From: Rhizophagus irregularis
Taxonomy: Eukaryota
NCBI RefSeq assembly: GCF_026210795.1
Contig: NC_089431.1
Location: 2,480,001-2,544,000, forward strand
Direction of reading: 5' to 3'
Length of the DNA stretch: 64,000 nt
The notes below the pieces were generated by a model that had not been told where the DNA came from, did not search any database, and saw only the letters and a list, made by a program, of their open reading frames with translations. A program made the translations under genes and the position numbers. The first letter of the stretch is position 1. Every line of letters starts with the position of its first letter. Positions 63,941 through 64,000 of this stretch are shown here, one piece after another.

Positions 63941-64000
63941 GTGACACCTCTATAAGTGCACCTATAAGTGCACGGTGGGTGGGCCTGGTCCCAACTTATA
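63941..64000. mobile_element. Possible left end of a MITE cut by the window edge
   Basis: GTGACACCTCTATAAGTGCACCTATAAGTGCAC with an internal direct repeat and a GC jump; other end not visible. Confidence 0.3.

Overview
AT-rich, intron-dense fungal genomic DNA. Short GT-AG introns with CTAAC/TTAAC branch points and the gene families present suggest an arbuscular mycorrhizal fungus (Glomeromycotina); this is an inference. Housekeeping genes sit at both ends. Left (1.9-11.8 kb): PRA1/Yip3, a small mitochondrial-type protein, an orphan gene, Rho2, Atg6/Beclin and Pam16. Right (54.2-63.1 kb): a CHZ-motif protein, a paralog of the orphan gene, a Cab4-like PPAT, Rei1/Reh1 and a Dld2-like D-2-hydroxyacid dehydrogenase. 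Between them is a ~42 kb nest of mobile DNA: two nested hAT transposons with 8-bp TSDs, a 9.2-kb CACTA/EnSpm element carrying a 20-unit palindromic array, a non-autonomous Helitron, several MITE/foldback elements and decayed lineage-expanded genes. The most unusual item is a ~22-35.7 kb intronless multi-ORF element combining a retrotransposon-type Gag (capsid, CCHC knuckle) and retropepsin with a separately encoded Polinton/Maverick-type integrase and small accessory ORFs, with no reverse transcriptase, RNase H or DNA polymerase visible. A second recurring oddity is TE-borne ladders of well-formed introns separated by tiny, apparently non-coding exons. All calls are by eye; no searches were run.
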